Shown: positions 21,509 to 31,900, numbered from the stretch's first letter. The stretch: DNA of 64,000 nucleotides from an uncultured Alphaproteobacteria bacterium (GCA_913046035.1 CAJWSW010000006.1:6493-70492); one strand, 5' to 3'. The notes: a model not told the origin generated them from the letters alone. A program made the numbers and translations.

Positions 21509-22129
21509 TTAGTGCACTAACCGGCGACAATTTTTGCGTTTCGCAGATGCATCGAGAGCGCAAAGCCGTTGTTCAATCCAAGAAATTCTATCCTCCATCG
21601 CAGCCTTTAAAAAAGGGCGATCCAGAGGGAGGCGCTGACGACGCTCTATTAAACCCTCACGAGCATTCATGTAAAACCTTTTTAGATCACTTATAGCAGC
21701 CGGAATATCGCTAGGTTCGGTCACATCAAGTAACCCGAATTTGATTGCGGCAGACGAGCGAGAGATTGGATCATCCCACTCGGGTAGTGGTAACAATATC
21801 AATTCCCGGAAAACTTGGGCGCCTTTTGGGGTTAAAGTATAAAAAAACGGGATTGAGCGGATCCAACTTTCAGTAGCGAGTATTGTGCCACTTGCGGCCG
21901 CCTTGCGAAGACCGGCAGCAATAACTTCCTGGGGTGGACGCCAACCACCACCGGTCAGGCACCAGACCGTATCAATTAATCGGGCCAGCGACGTCATGCG
22001 GCACGCTGTTGCACCATAAAGCGCGAGCTGAAGAGCAGCATCCGCATCAAGATGGCGAGGCGTTTTGCCCTCCTTTTTCGGTAAAACCGCAATTTCCGGG
22101 GTTTGGTTCAGTTCAGAAGAATGAGCCAT
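21509..22129 (-). CDS. hypothetical protein with putative winged-helix motif
   Basis: 206 aa from ATG 22129 (AGGAAA upstream). The ...SIPFFYTLTPKGAQVFRELI segment resembles the wing of PadR/MarR-type wHTH domains (Y.LT.KG). No other recognisable motif. Confidence 0.5.
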   Translation of the reverse strand: MAHSSELNQTPEIAVLPKKEGKTPRHLDADAALQLALYGATACRMTSLARLIDTVWCLTGGGWRPPQEVIAAGLRKAAASGTILATESWIRSIPFFYTLTPKGAQVFRELILLPLPEWDDPISRSSAAIKFGLLDVTEPSDIPAAISDLKRFYMNAREGLIERRQRLPLDRPFLKAAMEDRISWIEQRLCALDASAKRKNCRRLVH

Positions 22130-22191
22130 TGTTTTCCTGTTAGAGTGCACGTCTGTCTGGTTGTGGCATAGGTAAGTCTGAGCATTTCCCC

Positions 22192-22250
22192 GATAATTCT
22201 AAATGAGAATGATAATCATTACCAGCACTTTAATGAGTTCTTACTCATTA
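22192..22250. promoter_or_regulatory. Fur-box-like hexamer array plus a 20-bp perfect palindrome in the promoter region of the wHTH hypothetical gene
   Basis: GATAATtctaaatGAGAATGATAATCATTACc: the 19-mer GAGAATGATAATCATTACC matches the GATAATGATAATCATTATC Fur consensus at about 16 of 19. Followed by TAATGAGTTCTTACTCATTA (8-bp arms). Located 40-120 bp upstream of the minus-strand start at 22129 and downstream of fbpC. Confidence 0.35.
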
Positions 22251-22357
22251 CCTCAAACGTACCGTTTCGATGCTACTGAAATTGCGGGAGAGGTGCCGCA
22301 AGAGAAAAAGATTGGACAAAATCGCGAGTAGAGATAGCTCTATAGTTGGTCCAAACA

Positions 22358-23407
22358 CTATTTCAAAAAAACAAATGCTTGGTCCTGATCGATTTCGACT
22401 GGAATTCTGTCACCAAGGTCGAAAGCTGCAGCTTGAGGATACCTCACTTCCACATGTGTGTGGGGTTGCGGCCAATCGCCAATTCCGAGGCGAATAAGGC
22501 TGGAATTACCCGCATACTGTACGCCGCAGACTAGCAAGGAATTTGGTGATGAATCGTCTCCACTTTGGGTCACAATCTTGAATGCCTCTGGACGTAACAG
22601 AACCTGAGCCGCCGCACCTTCCGGAAGATCGGGGTTCCGGAACGCGCCGAGATCAGTCTTGACGATGTCCCCCTCAACAACGCCGTCAATTTGGTTTATA
22701 CGGCCGAAAAAGCTGGCGCTAAATACGTTTGACGGCGATCGGAATAACTCTTTAGGGGTGCCTACCTGAATAACTTTTCCCTCATTCATCAGCACAATCC
22801 GGCTAGCCATAGTGAGGGCCTCCTCGGGATCGTGTGTCACCATTACCGCGGTTACACCGAGTTCTTTTAGCATGCTGAGGGTTTCTTCGGCCATCTCTTC
22901 ACGCAGAGTGGTGTCGAGGCCAGAAAATGGCTCATCAAGCAGCAATAATTTTGGGCCAGGAGCGAGTGCCCTAGCCAAGGCAACGCGTTGCTGTTCTCCT
23001 CCTGACAACATATGGGGATATTTATCGGCATGTTTTTTGAGACGCATACGATCCAGCAACTCACTTACACGTCGTAAGTTTTGCTCTCGACTGAAAGCCA
23101 CCAATCCGTATGAGATGTTTTCAGAAACTGAGAGGTGAGGAAATAGTGCAAAATCTTGAAAAAGTAACCCGACATCTCGCTTATGGGGAGCTACGAGCTT
23201 ATTCGGTGAGGAAACCACTCTACCGCCAAGTGTGATTATCCCTTCGTTGGGACGATCAAGTCCCGCAACAAGCCGCAAGGTAGATGTTTTTCCGCAGCCT
23301 GACGGACCGAGGAGACAAAGCATCTCACCTGTTTGAACCTGGAATGATACATTATTAACTACAACGTTATCACCGAGGTGAAGCGACACCCCTTCCAAGC
23401 TCAACAT
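22358..23407 (-). CDS. fbpC: ABC transporter ATP-binding protein, FbpC/PotA-like, with C-terminal TOBE domain
   Basis: Walker A GPSGCGKT, signature [15 protein letters not shown], Walker B LLLLDEPFSGLD, C-terminal OB-fold region. The likely start is ATG 23407 (MLSLEGVSLHLGD...); the track entry extends to 23488. Confidence 0.8.
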   Translation of the reverse strand: MLSLEGVSLHLGDNVVVNNVSFQVQTGEMLCLLGPSGCGKTSTLRLVAGLDRPNEGIITLGGRVVSSPNKLVAPHKRDVGLLFQDFALFPHLSVSENISYGLVAFSREQNLRRVSELLDRMRLKKHADKYPHMLSGGEQQRVALARALAPGPKLLLLDEPFSGLDTTLREEMAEETLSMLKELGVTAVMVTHDPEEALTMASRIVLMNEGKVIQVGTPKELFRSPSNVFSASFFGRINQIDGVVEGDIVKTDLGAFRNPDLPEGAAAQVLLRPEAFKIVTQSGDDSSPNSLLVCGVQYAGNSSLIRLGIGDWPQPHTHVEVRYPQAAAFDLGDRIPVEIDQDQAFVFLK

Positions 23408-23655
23408 GTTTTTGGACAAGCAAGTGTTATCAAGGTCTTTGTCTTTAACACCCCGAGCCTGCTTCCTTTTATTAAAACTCATTCTCATTTAACCCCTGGT
23501 AAGGATCTGTGCAAGATGGAACTTGATATGATTTTAAGAAGGAAAAAACCGGCTCTTTAAGAGAAATCCGGTAAGACATCCAGAATCTCGCAGAACTTCA
23601 ACTAAATCCAGCTTTGAAATTTGACTTTGCAAGTCACTCGCATTATTAACTTCGG

Positions 23656-23670
23656 TGATTTTGCAAATCA
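23656..23670. promoter_or_regulatory. perfect palindrome TGATTTTGCAAATCA (TGA-N9-TCA), 27 bp upstream of the secreted-protein gene
   Basis: Arms TGATTT/AAATCA with a 3-nt spacer. Fits both a degenerate Fur half-site pair and the TGA-N9-TCA iron-responsive operator type. Lies in the divergent region between fbpC and the secreted-protein operon. Confidence 0.3.
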
Positions 23671-23696
23671 TTCGCACCTCGAGAAAGGAAAACCCC

Positions 23697-25091
23697 ATGA
23701 ATAAACGGTTAATCGCAAGCGCCTTTATAATAGTGGCGCCCGCTATTGCCACACCGGCCTCCGCCGGCGATGCGGTCTATGGAAAGTTCCCGGTTACTCT
23801 TAAAAGTTGGATGGGCAACGAAACGAATAGCGTTGCATACACAGGACAAATAGCGCGACAAGTTTTACATGACTCACTAAAAAAACTTGCCGGGAAAGGC
23901 AATGGAAAGCCTAACGCAGCGCTGCAAGCCGAGATGATGCTCTACTTCGAGGGCAAAGGAAAAAATCGCAAAATCCTAGCCCCGACGTCCAAGGGTCCAT
24001 TTGTTATAAAACAAAAAACAGTCGGAGAAATAAGCAATCCAAATCTCGCGGGAAAAACCTACAAGGGCACCGTATCCGGAATGCCAAACAATATGACTGG
24101 GCCGGAATTGATTAAATTTTGGATCGGGAAAGCAGCTAGCGCTAATAAAGGGGTAGACATGGCTAACGGATACAATTATCCGCAGCTCATATCAAAATTC
24201 ATATTAGGCGCAGTATTTTATCATCAGGCCGTCGACAATTATCTCGATGAAAAGATGACAGCTGGCAACAAACCTAACAACAAGCCCTACAAAAAGGGTA
24301 AGCATTATACCGGAAAAGAACACAGTTGGGACGAAGCCTTTGGATATTTTGGCTTCCCTGCTCATGGTTTAATGCTCTCGCCGTCACAACTTTATGACAT
24401 TGCCAAGCGCAAGCCGACCGCGGTCAGTATTGCGGATGCAAATAGCGATGGGAAGATTGATCTGTACAATGAGATGGTTTTTGGACCAGCATACTATGCT
24501 GCTGGCTCAGATAAATCGAAAAAGACAGCATATGCAAAGACGATCGGCAAAGCGTTCCTTGATGGGCGAAAATTGATCGCATCAGCGGATGGCAACGCGT
24601 TAAACAGCTCTCAGCTTGGCCAGATCGCCCAATATGCCAGGGTGATCGAAGAAAACTGGGAAAAAACACTAGCGGAAGCCACATTTAAATATGCTGGCTC
24701 CTGTTTCAAGGATTTGCAAGCTATCAAGGCGAATCCCTCTGATGCCAAAGTCCTTGCCAAATACGTTAAACATTGGGGAGAGCTAAAGGGCTTTTCGCTT
24801 GCCATGCAAACGGGCCGAAAGAACCTAGGAGATACCGCAACGCGGCTTAATCGACTTATCGGCTTCGGCCCCGTGATGCCTAATTCTAGCCAGGTAATAG
24901 ATATTGATTCTGGTGGGAACTATGTGAAAGACCAGGCGTCGGGTATTAATGAATACATGGGTCACATGCTCAAAGTGCAAAAGCTTATTGTCGACAAATA
25001 CGGCATAAAGGCCCGCAAAAATGATCAGCTTGCTGGTATGTCAGATATGCTAAAAAAACTCGGTAGCGGATCTGCAGCTGAAAACGACTAA
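23697..25091 (+). CDS. secreted hypothetical protein (Sec signal peptide; Lys/Asn/Gly-rich)
   Basis: MNKRLIASAFIIVAPAIATPASA signal peptide with an AXA-type cleavage site. 464 aa, no TM segments and no recognisable catalytic motif. RBS AAAGGA upstream. First gene of the plus-strand cluster with the hydroxylase, fbpA and fbpB. Confidence 0.6.
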   Translation: MNKRLIASAFIIVAPAIATPASAGDAVYGKFPVTLKSWMGNETNSVAYTGQIARQVLHDSLKKLAGKGNGKPNAALQAEMMLYFEGKGKNRKILAPTSKGPFVIKQKTVGEISNPNLAGKTYKGTVSGMPNNMTGPELIKFWIGKAASANKGVDMANGYNYPQLISKFILGAVFYHQAVDNYLDEKMTAGNKPNNKPYKKGKHYTGKEHSWDEAFGYFGFPAHGLMLSPSQLYDIAKRKPTAVSIADANSDGKIDLYNEMVFGPAYYAAGSDKSKKTAYAKTIGKAFLDGRKLIASADGNALNSSQLGQIAQYARVIEENWEKTLAEATFKYAGSCFKDLQAIKANPSDAKVLAKYVKHWGELKGFSLAMQTGRKNLGDTATRLNRLIGFGPVMPNSSQVIDIDSGGNYVKDQASGINEYMGHMLKVQKLIVDKYGIKARKNDQLAGMSDMLKKLGSGSAAEND

Positions 25092-25159
25092 AGCCATTAG
25101 AATGCGGCGGTCGCCTAGCTAAACGGGCGGCCGCCGTCCCATTTTTAGGGAATTTACTA

Positions 25160-26179
25160 TTGCCGATCCTTGACTGGATAAATGGAGAATACATTCCCCA
25201 TCTTTTAGATGGCTTTCTGAACCCACAGAAAAGGGTTTCCCTTCTCTATCTGTCTATTGCAGCAGCGTTAGCGATTATATGGAGCGTTTACGTCTCGCGT
25301 GGGAGCGTTCGGAAGGGTTTTTTAATTGCCCGAGACAAGCTTTTTAGCCAACGTGTCTGGTTCTCACATTCGGCGCGAGGTGACTACAAGTTACTGCTTG
25401 CAAACCACGCGCTACTTTTATTGATTGCACCCCTGCTGCTATCGAAACTAACGGCAACAACAGCCCTTTTTTTCTTTTTCATAGACATTTTCCCGTCAGG
25501 GGCAGCTGTTCTCTCATCCACGTCTCCACTTTTAGTTGCAATAACCTACACAATCTTTCTTTTTCTATTGGATGACTTTTCACGCTTTGCAACGCACTTT
25601 GCACTCCATCGCGTCCCCGCACTCTGGGCGTTTCACAAAATTCACCATAGCGCAGAGACACTGAGCCCGCTTACGGTTTATCGAACCCATCCGCTGGAGG
25701 CGGTCATATTCTCATTCCGCGCCATAGTTGTGCAGTCTTCAGCGATTTCAATATTTGTTTTTCTTTTTGGTTCTTCTGTTGATCTGGTTTCGATCTACGG
25801 GGTTAATGCGATCTTATTTCTATTCAACGTCACTGGGTCTAACCTTCGTCACTCCCACATCCCAATAGGATATGGACGGCTAGCTGAGCATTTTTTGATC
25901 TCTCCGGCACAACACCAGATCCATCATTCTCTTGATCCAAACCATTATGACCGAAACTTTGGCGCTGCACTTGCCATCTGGGATTGGATAGCCGGTAGTT
26001 TGTGCAAATCTCGGACAGATATGGTGCTAAAATTCGGGCTCACCGATAGAGAAAACTTGCAAAGCCAAAAACTTCTGCACTTCTACTTTTCTCCGTTCCG
26101 GGAATTATTTGATAGGGGTCGGAACGACCCGTTTTATCGCAATCGAAACCATAGGAATTTGACAAAAAATGCGGTCTAG
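25160..26179 (+). CDS. fatty acid hydroxylase / sterol desaturase superfamily membrane protein
   Basis: 339 aa, multi-TM, histidine boxes HFALH, HKIHHS and HQIHHS typical of the membrane diiron FA-hydroxylase superfamily. Confidence 0.7.
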   Translation: MPILDWINGEYIPHLLDGFLNPQKRVSLLYLSIAAALAIIWSVYVSRGSVRKGFLIARDKLFSQRVWFSHSARGDYKLLLANHALLLLIAPLLLSKLTATTALFFFFIDIFPSGAAVLSSTSPLLVAITYTIFLFLLDDFSRFATHFALHRVPALWAFHKIHHSAETLSPLTVYRTHPLEAVIFSFRAIVVQSSAISIFVFLFGSSVDLVSIYGVNAILFLFNVTGSNLRHSHIPIGYGRLAEHFLISPAQHQIHHSLDPNHYDRNFGAALAIWDWIAGSLCKSRTDMVLKFGLTDRENLQSQKLLHFYFSPFRELFDRGRNDPFYRNRNHRNLTKNAV

Positions 26180-27197
26180 AATGATTTTTGCAGCGCTCGC
26201 GCTGATAATGGTCCTGCAAACTGGCGTAGCTTCAATTACCTCTGCACGTGCCGCAGAGCTGAACGTCTATTCCCACCGACAACCGTTTCTGATCAACCCT
26301 TTTCTAAAGGCGTTCGAAGAGAAGACCGGCACTAAGGTCAATGTCGTCTTTGCGTCTAAGGGGCTTGTTCAGCGGCTACTGGCAGAGGGACAGAGAAGCC
26401 CTGCAGATGTAGTCCTTACAGTCGATATCGGCAGGCTGTACGCGTATGCAGATAAGAACCTTTTTGCAAAGGTTACATCACCAAAGCTCTCCCAAAACAT
26501 CCCCGCTCATTTACGCGATGTGGATAACCGCTGGTTCGGCCTGTCAAAGCGTGCCCGGGTCGTCGCGATATCCAGAGACCGAGTCAAACCATCAGAGGTC
26601 CAAAAAATCGAAGATCTCGCTGACCCGAAATGGAAAGGCCGGGTTTGCAGTCGCCCGGGCAGCCATGTCTATAACCGCGCACTGCTCGCATCAATAATCG
26701 CGGCCCATGGCAAAGAGACCGCGGAAGAATGGGCACGAGGATTGGTAGCAAACATGGCACGACGTCCTCAAGGAAACGATCGCGCACAGGTCAAAGCAAT
26801 ATTCGAAGGCGTATGCGATGTCGCTATAATTAACAGTTACTATTACGGGAAACTTAAGACCTCTAAGGTGCCGGCCCAGCGCAAATGGGCAGAGGCCATA
26901 CAGATTGTCTTCACAAATCAGAATGACAGGGGCAATCACGTTAATATTTCGGGCGGCGGCGTTGCTGTCCACTCTAAGAATAAAGCAAGAGCGGTGAAGT
27001 TATTGGAGTTTTTGACCGAGAAAACAGCGCAGGATCTGTACGGACGGATCAATTACGAATTCCCGGTAAATCCTATGGTGGAGGCGGGCCCAGAAGTGAA
27101 ATCTTGGGGTACTTTTAAAGAAGACCAGCAACCTATAAGTCGTATTGCCACATTGATTCCCGTAGCACAGCGGGTTATCGATCGTGTTGGATGGTAA
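26169..27197 (+). CDS. fbpA: Fe(3+)-type ABC transporter substrate-binding protein (FbpA/AfuA family)
   Basis: 342 aa with signal peptide, and a family-1 SBP fold with a tyrosine cluster (NSYYYGK) as in ferric-binding proteins. Overlaps the downstream permease gene. Confidence 0.75.
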   Translation: MRSRMIFAALALIMVLQTGVASITSARAAELNVYSHRQPFLINPFLKAFEEKTGTKVNVVFASKGLVQRLLAEGQRSPADVVLTVDIGRLYAYADKNLFAKVTSPKLSQNIPAHLRDVDNRWFGLSKRARVVAISRDRVKPSEVQKIEDLADPKWKGRVCSRPGSHVYNRALLASIIAAHGKETAEEWARGLVANMARRPQGNDRAQVKAIFEGVCDVAIINSYYYGKLKTSKVPAQRKWAEAIQIVFTNQNDRGNHVNISGGGVAVHSKNKARAVKLLEFLTEKTAQDLYGRINYEFPVNPMVEAGPEVKSWGTFKEDQQPISRIATLIPVAQRVIDRVGW

Positions 27198-28864
27198 AAA
27201 CATTTTCTTTTCTATTTAAAAGCAAGAACGGAGATCCGCCGAGCGTCTGGTCGATAGCCACGCTAACGGCGGGCCTAATTCTTATTGGTCCGTTTTTCGC
27301 GCTTTTCGTTACTGCGGCGGGCGAAAGCGGGGGTTTGTGGTCGCACTTGATGCAAACCGTATTTCCTCGTTATGTAGGAAACACGCTCGCCCTCATGGTC
27401 GGTGTAGGCGCCATCAGTCTGTTCTTTGGCATCACAACAGCCTGGGTCGTTGCGCGTTTTCGTTTTCCCGGAGACTGGGCACTCGAGTGGATGCTGTTGC
27501 TACCGGCAACGGTTCCTGCATATATCATCGCATACACCTACACTGATCTCTTAGAATACGCAGGACCGGTTCAAGGCCTGTTGCGCGAAATTTTTGGTTG
27601 GCAATCAGCCAGAGATTATTGGTTCCCGGAAATTCGTTCACTAGGTGGCGCGATGCTCGTAATGGCTTCGGTGCTTTATCCTTATATATACCTTCTTGCG
27701 CGAACGGCATTTCGCCTAACGCCGGCGTCATATTTTGAGGTCGCACAACTTCACAACCGGAATTTTACATTAACTGCCGACATCGCACTCGCCCGGCCAG
27801 CAATAGTCGCTGGCCTTGCCCTTGTTCTTATGGAAGTCATTTCAGATTTTGGCACGGTCGACTATTTTGCGGTAGAGACACTCACTCTGGGAATTTTTAA
27901 CGTCTGGCTCGGGATGAACAACCTGATCGCCGCTGCGCAAATTGCGGGCATCGCGTTCATTTTCATCATTGGGCTTCTCTATATAGAGAGAACAGCTCGA
28001 TCTCGGCAACGCTTCACGGACACCACCCAGCGCAACAAAGAAATCGTACCCAAAAGAGTGTCCCGTGGATGGGGCGCAGTTTGTATTCTTATATGTCTGA
28101 CGCCGATTCTTCTTGGATTTGGAGTTCCGGTCGGAGTGCTACTTAATTTCATTTTGCAGGGACTTGCAATATCTGACCCAGGCGCTCTGACAAGCAGCGC
28201 GATCAATTCGGTATTAGTATCCCTAGCGGCAGCAGTTTGCGTGGTGACGCTAGCGGCAGCGATGGTTCTAACGGTGTCATACAAGAAACATCCTTTTCTG
28301 AACCTGCTTACCGCAGTGTCCGCTACCGGATATGCATTTCCGGGCGTAGTATTGGCCATCGGCGTGGTTTCATTCTCCGGCGCGCTTGACGGATTGATTG
28401 CTAATCTTGCAACTGAGGTTTTAGGTGTACCCTCAGACGGCGTCCTAATAGGAAGCGTCGCTCTGCTTGTCCTCGCGTACGTAACCCGCTTTCAGGCAAT
28501 TGGATATGGCGCGATGTCAGCCGGCGTCGAACGGCTCTCTCCAAATGTGATGAATGCCAGCTTCGTCCTTGGCCGAGGGTTCTCCAGAACCATGGGCTCT
28601 CTCGCGCCGCGTCTCCTTCGTAGTTCAATGATGGCCGCAGGGCTTCTTGTTTTTGTAGATGTTATGAAAGAGCTACCGATGACACTTCTCCTCCGACCTT
28701 TTAATTTTGATACACTCTCGACATATGTCTACCAGTTCGCAAAGGATGAATTATTAGAAGAGGCCGCTTTAGCAGCTCTAGCGATAGTTGCAGCCGGATT
28801 AGGACCGGTCATCTTAATGAACGCATCTCAAAAAAAACGTAGTCGCTCAAAATCGTTTGAATAA
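27191..28864 (+). CDS. fbpB: ABC transporter permease, FbpB-like (two fused MetI-type transmembrane domains)
   Basis: 557 aa, 12 predicted TM helices, two EAA-like loops (duplicated permease domain) as in FbpB/AfuB. Confidence 0.8.
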   Translation: MVKTFSFLFKSKNGDPPSVWSIATLTAGLILIGPFFALFVTAAGESGGLWSHLMQTVFPRYVGNTLALMVGVGAISLFFGITTAWVVARFRFPGDWALEWMLLLPATVPAYIIAYTYTDLLEYAGPVQGLLREIFGWQSARDYWFPEIRSLGGAMLVMASVLYPYIYLLARTAFRLTPASYFEVAQLHNRNFTLTADIALARPAIVAGLALVLMEVISDFGTVDYFAVETLTLGIFNVWLGMNNLIAAAQIAGIAFIFIIGLLYIERTARSRQRFTDTTQRNKEIVPKRVSRGWGAVCILICLTPILLGFGVPVGVLLNFILQGLAISDPGALTSSAINSVLVSLAAAVCVVTLAAAMVLTVSYKKHPFLNLLTAVSATGYAFPGVVLAIGVVSFSGALDGLIANLATEVLGVPSDGVLIGSVALLVLAYVTRFQAIGYGAMSAGVERLSPNVMNASFVLGRGFSRTMGSLAPRLLRSSMMAAGLLVFVDVMKELPMTLLLRPFNFDTLSTYVYQFAKDELLEEAALAALAIVAAGLGPVILMNASQKKRSRSKSFE

Positions 28865-28967
28865 AACTTGAAAATCAAACTGTGTTATATGCCCCTCCAA
28901 TATATCAGCGCCAAACTTGTCGAGCCTTTACTTGTAAAGCCAAAAGCTGGACCCAGCGGCACTATTC

Positions 28968-31900
28968 TTAGTGCGCCTCGTCCCAGTTGAGACCAGTACC
29001 GGTGTCCACCACCAATGGTAATTCCAGATCGGCAGCACCCTCCATTTTTTTTGTTACGATCGCAGTGGTCTCGTCGACTTCTCCCTCTGGCACCTCGAAA
29101 ATTAACTCGTCATGAACTTGGAGCAGCATTCGAGCGCCAAGGCCCAGTTCTTTCAAGGTTTCCGGTATCCCAATCATCGCGCGCTTGATGATATCTGCCG
29201 CCGCGCCTTGCAGGGGAGCATTTATGGCGGCGCGCTCCGAAAAATTTCGTCGCGCAGGGTTTTTGTCATTGATTCCGGGAGTATGACACTTCCGGCCGAA
29301 GATTGTCTGGACGAAACCGTGTTCTCGCGCGAAGGTTTTCGTCGTTTCCATGTAGTCTCTAATACCCGGAAATTTCTTAAAGTAATTGTCGATATACTGT
29401 TTTGCCTCTCCCTGGGGAATAGATAACTGACGGGCTAAGCCGAAAGGACTTATCCCATATATGATGCCAAAATTGATCGCTTTGGCACGACTTCTTACCG
29501 AGGGCTCCATATTTTCTATGGGAATTCCAAATACCTCACTTGCAGTCATTGCGTGTATATCTTTTCCGTCCCGAAACGCTTCTCGCAGAGCCTCAATACC
29601 CGCAACATGGGCCAGCAAGCGCAATTCGATTTGCGAATAGTCAGCTGAGAGCAACACATGACCTTTTTCTGGCACGAATGCTTGCCGTATCTTTCTACCT
29701 TCCTCTGTTCGGATTGGGATATTCTGAAGATTAGGATCTGTCGATGAAAGCCGTCCCGTCGATGCTATGGCCTGCGCATATGAAGTATGAATGCGTTTTG
29801 TCGCAGGATTGATCTGCTTAATGAGCGCATCGGTGTAAGTGCTCCGTAATTTGGAAAGCTGACGCCAATCAAGAACGCGGCGTGGAAGATCCAAACCCTC
29901 CGCGGCCAGCCCCTCAAGAACATCAGCGCCAGTACCGTAGGCACCGGTTTTTGTCTTCTTACCGCCTTGTATTCCCATTTCATCGAATAACACTTCGCCT
30001 AGCTGCTTGGGTGAACCAATATTGAATTCGTGACCCGCTAGTTTGTATATGTCCTCGGCTATATCGGCGGTGCGTTTTTCAAAATCACCAGACAATTCTT
30101 TTAGGAAGGTTGCATCCACAATTATGCCCGCCCGCTCCATATCTGATAGGACGGGCACTAAACGGCGCTCCATCGTCTCATACACAGAAGTCATGCGTTC
30201 TTCAGAAATCCGCGGTTTCAGCTGACGGTAGAGGCGGCCAGTGACCTCCGCGTCCTCAGCTGCGTAATCTAACGCTTTATCAAGCGGCACATGATCGAAA
30301 CTTACTTGGTTCTTGCCAGTGCCGGCCACCTCAGAAAATTTAATATTGGTATGACCCAGGTGCAGTGCCGCTAGTTCATCCAATCCATGGCCATGCAGTC
30401 CGCCTTCAAGCACGTAAGAAAGCAACATAGTATCGTCTATAGGCCCAACCTCTACGCCATAGCGCGCCATAACCTGCATATCATATTTAATGTTGTGGCC
30501 AACCTTCAAAATGCCAGGGTCTTCTAATAGGGGTTTCAACATTTCGATCACACGGGTACGCGCGAGCTGCTTCGGAAGCTCCGGCGAAACATTACTTCTT
30601 ATCGCTCCCAGATCGAGCTCATCATTTCCTTGATTACCCGCAGAGATATGTGCGACAGGCACATAGCAGGCACGGCCACCCTGAACCGAGAGTGACAAAC
30701 CCACTAGGTCTGCTTGCATGGCATCAAGCGAATTCGTCTCTGTATCGAATGCGAACACACCTGCTAATTGAATTTCGTCGATCCAACCTTGCAGAGCGTC
30801 CTCCTCTTGCACAAGCTCGTATGCTCCTTCGCCAGGCGCGGTTACTGCGTCTGGGTTAGAGTTTTCCGCTTCAACGCCGAATTCGGACAGTGCTCTCGAT
30901 AAGGCGGACTTAAACCCCTGTTTTTCAAGCCATGGTATCAGAACCTCGGGATCGGGGCGTTTTTTCTGAAACTGAGCGATGTCCCCTTTGACGGGAACAT
31001 CAGCTCTTAAAGTCACTAATTCGCGAGAGACACGGGCGATACCCTGCTCCTCGTAAAGCAGCTCAGCATAACTCGTGTTAACCTTCGAATAAAACCTGTA
31101 ATCGATAATCTGTTGCGCTATCTCGTATCCGCTTGCGGCCAGCTCATTCAGCGCGGCGGCGTTGGTTGTAGGTTTTCCCGATTTCTTATCCTTTGGTACT
31201 GGGAGGTTAAGTTCGTCTATCAAAACCTCTTTTAACTGCTTTGGCGAACCAATTCCGAACTCTCGGCCCGCGATTTCGTAGATACGTTTTTGGCATGTCT
31301 CTGCCTTTAGGACAGCGTCCGCTTTAACGGCGTCGGTGTTCTGAACGGCCTCTAGAATCTTTTCAAGATCACCGTATTCGCGCACCAGTGCGGCAGCTGG
31401 TGCCTCGCCAATACCTTTTATGCCAGGTACGTTATCAGTCGAATCACCAAGCAAAGCCTGAACATCGACTACATTTTCAGGGCCAACACCAAATTTTTCC
31501 ACCACTTCTTCGGGGCCGATAAACCGGTTCTTCATCGGATCCATCATACGAACGCGCGGCCCCACAAGCTGCATCAAGTCCTTATCTGATGACACGATGG
31601 TAACCTCATATCCCTGCTCAACAGCGAGTTTTGCATAGGTAGCGATAAGGTCATCCGCTTCAAAACCCTCCATTTCTAAGCAGGGCAGCGAATATGCCCG
31701 GGTGGCCTCGCGTATAAGTTCGAACTGTGGCACTAACTCATCCGGCGGTGGCGGTCGGTTAGCTTTGTAGTCGGGATAGATCTCAGTCCGGAACGTCTTG
31801 CGCGCAGTATCAAAGATTACCGCAAGAAAGCTCGCACCGGAATCTTCTACCAGCTTGGTGAGCATATTGGTAAAGCCGAAAACCGCATTGACCGGCGTAC

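Noticed and set aside
28865-28967. Possible terminator hairpin between convergent fbpB and polA
   Set aside because: The best complementary segment (CTTTAC/GTAAAG) is 6 bp with a 2-nt loop, too weak to call.
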